NCBI RefSeq assembly: GCF_000315625.1
Contig: NW_005434665.1
Location: forward strand, 1,066,796-1,130,795
Direction: 5' to 3'
DNA length: 64,000 nt
From: Guillardia theta CCMP2712
Lineage: Eukaryota > Protista > Cryptophyta
Below, piece by piece: positions 63,198 through 64,000 of the stretch. Both the position numbers and the translations under genes were made by a program. How positions within the stretch are numbered: position 1 is the first letter of the stretch; every line of letters starts with the position of its first letter. The notes below the pieces were generated by a model. That model ran no database searches, was not told where the DNA came from, and was given only the letters and a program-made list of their open reading frames with translations.

Positions 63198-64000
63198 ATG
63201 GCAGCTATCGGCCCCTCCAAGCGATCTCCAACAGAGTTCCTCAGCCAGGTCCTGCTCCTCCTCCTCCTGCTCCTGATCCTCTTCACATCCTCCTCTTCCT
63301 CACATCCTCACATCCTCTTCCTCCTCCTCCTCTTCCTCCTCTTCTTCGTGCTCACGTCATCCTCTTCCTCCTGCGGCTGCTGCTGCTGATTCGCTTTCTC
63401 ATCATCATCATCACCCCGTTCATCCTCATCCTCGTCTTGCTCTTGCTACTGCTCCTCCTGCTGCTCCCTCCTGATGCTGCTCCTGCTCTTGCTCCTTCTC
63501 CTGCTGCTCCTCTTTCGTCATCCTCTTCTTATTTCTCTCACCCCCCCCCTCCTTTCTTTGTTTATGCTCCTACACTTGTTGCTCCTGTTCACCTCCTCTT
63601 TCTCCTAATTCTCCTCGACCTTCTCTTGTCCTGCATGTTGTCTTCCTTATCGAACGTATCTACCCCGTCCTTGCCCCTTACTCTCCTCTTTCAGCTAATT
63701 TGTTGTCACCTCTATTGAATGTTCACGTTGTTATTTTTATTTCTTTCTCAATCGTCTCTGGCAGGTCACTGGTCGTCCTGTGGTTGTCAAGCTCAACACT
63801 GGAGTTGACTACAAGGGTGTTCTTGCTTGTCTGGATGGATACATGAACATTGCGATGGAGCAGGTGCACCCGATTTCCTCTTCAAACTTCATGACTGATA
63901 CAATATGTTATATATGCCAGACTGAGGAATATGTCAATGGACAGCTGAAGAACAAGTATGGAGACGCGTTCATCAGAGGGAACAATGTAATGTGAAATGT
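63198..64000 (+). CDS. LSM6: U6 snRNA-associated Sm-like protein LSm6 (3'-truncated by window end)
   Basis: SPTEFLSQ|VTGRPVVVKLNTGVDYKGVLACLDGYMNIAMEQ|TEEYVNGQLKNKYGDAFIRGNN. Confidence 0.92.

Overview
Gene-dense eukaryotic nuclear DNA with many short GT-AG introns, microsatellite-filled introns and two 100-N assembly gaps. Intron style, GC-rich palindromic intergenic patches and signal-peptide/LRGG leaders suggest a cryptophyte alga of the Guillardia type (inference, not a database result). About 24 protein-coding genes can be reconstructed by eye: PCO/ADO-type thiol dioxygenase, La/LARP7-type RNA-binding protein, mini-Bud13, TRMT61B/TrmI, an unknown protein, syntaxin, bHLH-ZIP factor, CFAP65, NSE4, a CCHC zinc-knuckle protein, an SPKK-rich protein, an F5/8C membrane protein, UBA4/MOCS3, a MYDGF-like protein, a secreted SAM methyltransferase, Sec23-like, a telobox Myb protein, a Cys-rich membrane protein, a giant coiled-coil protein, UBC4/5, OSCP1, a degenerate kinesin and LSm6. 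No rRNA, tRNA, CRISPR or intact transposon was recognised. Most interesting: (1) three adjacent genes in which normally cytosolic or nuclear proteins carry signal-peptide leaders, two with a ubiquitin-tail-like LRGG motif, making them candidate periplastid/nucleomorph imports; (2) a perfect double-E-box palindrome upstream of an E-box-binding bHLH gene; (3) two recurrent classes of upstream sequence; (4) a pseudo-kinesin; (5) a MYDGF homolog. Exon boundaries were inferred manually, so coordinates are approximate.
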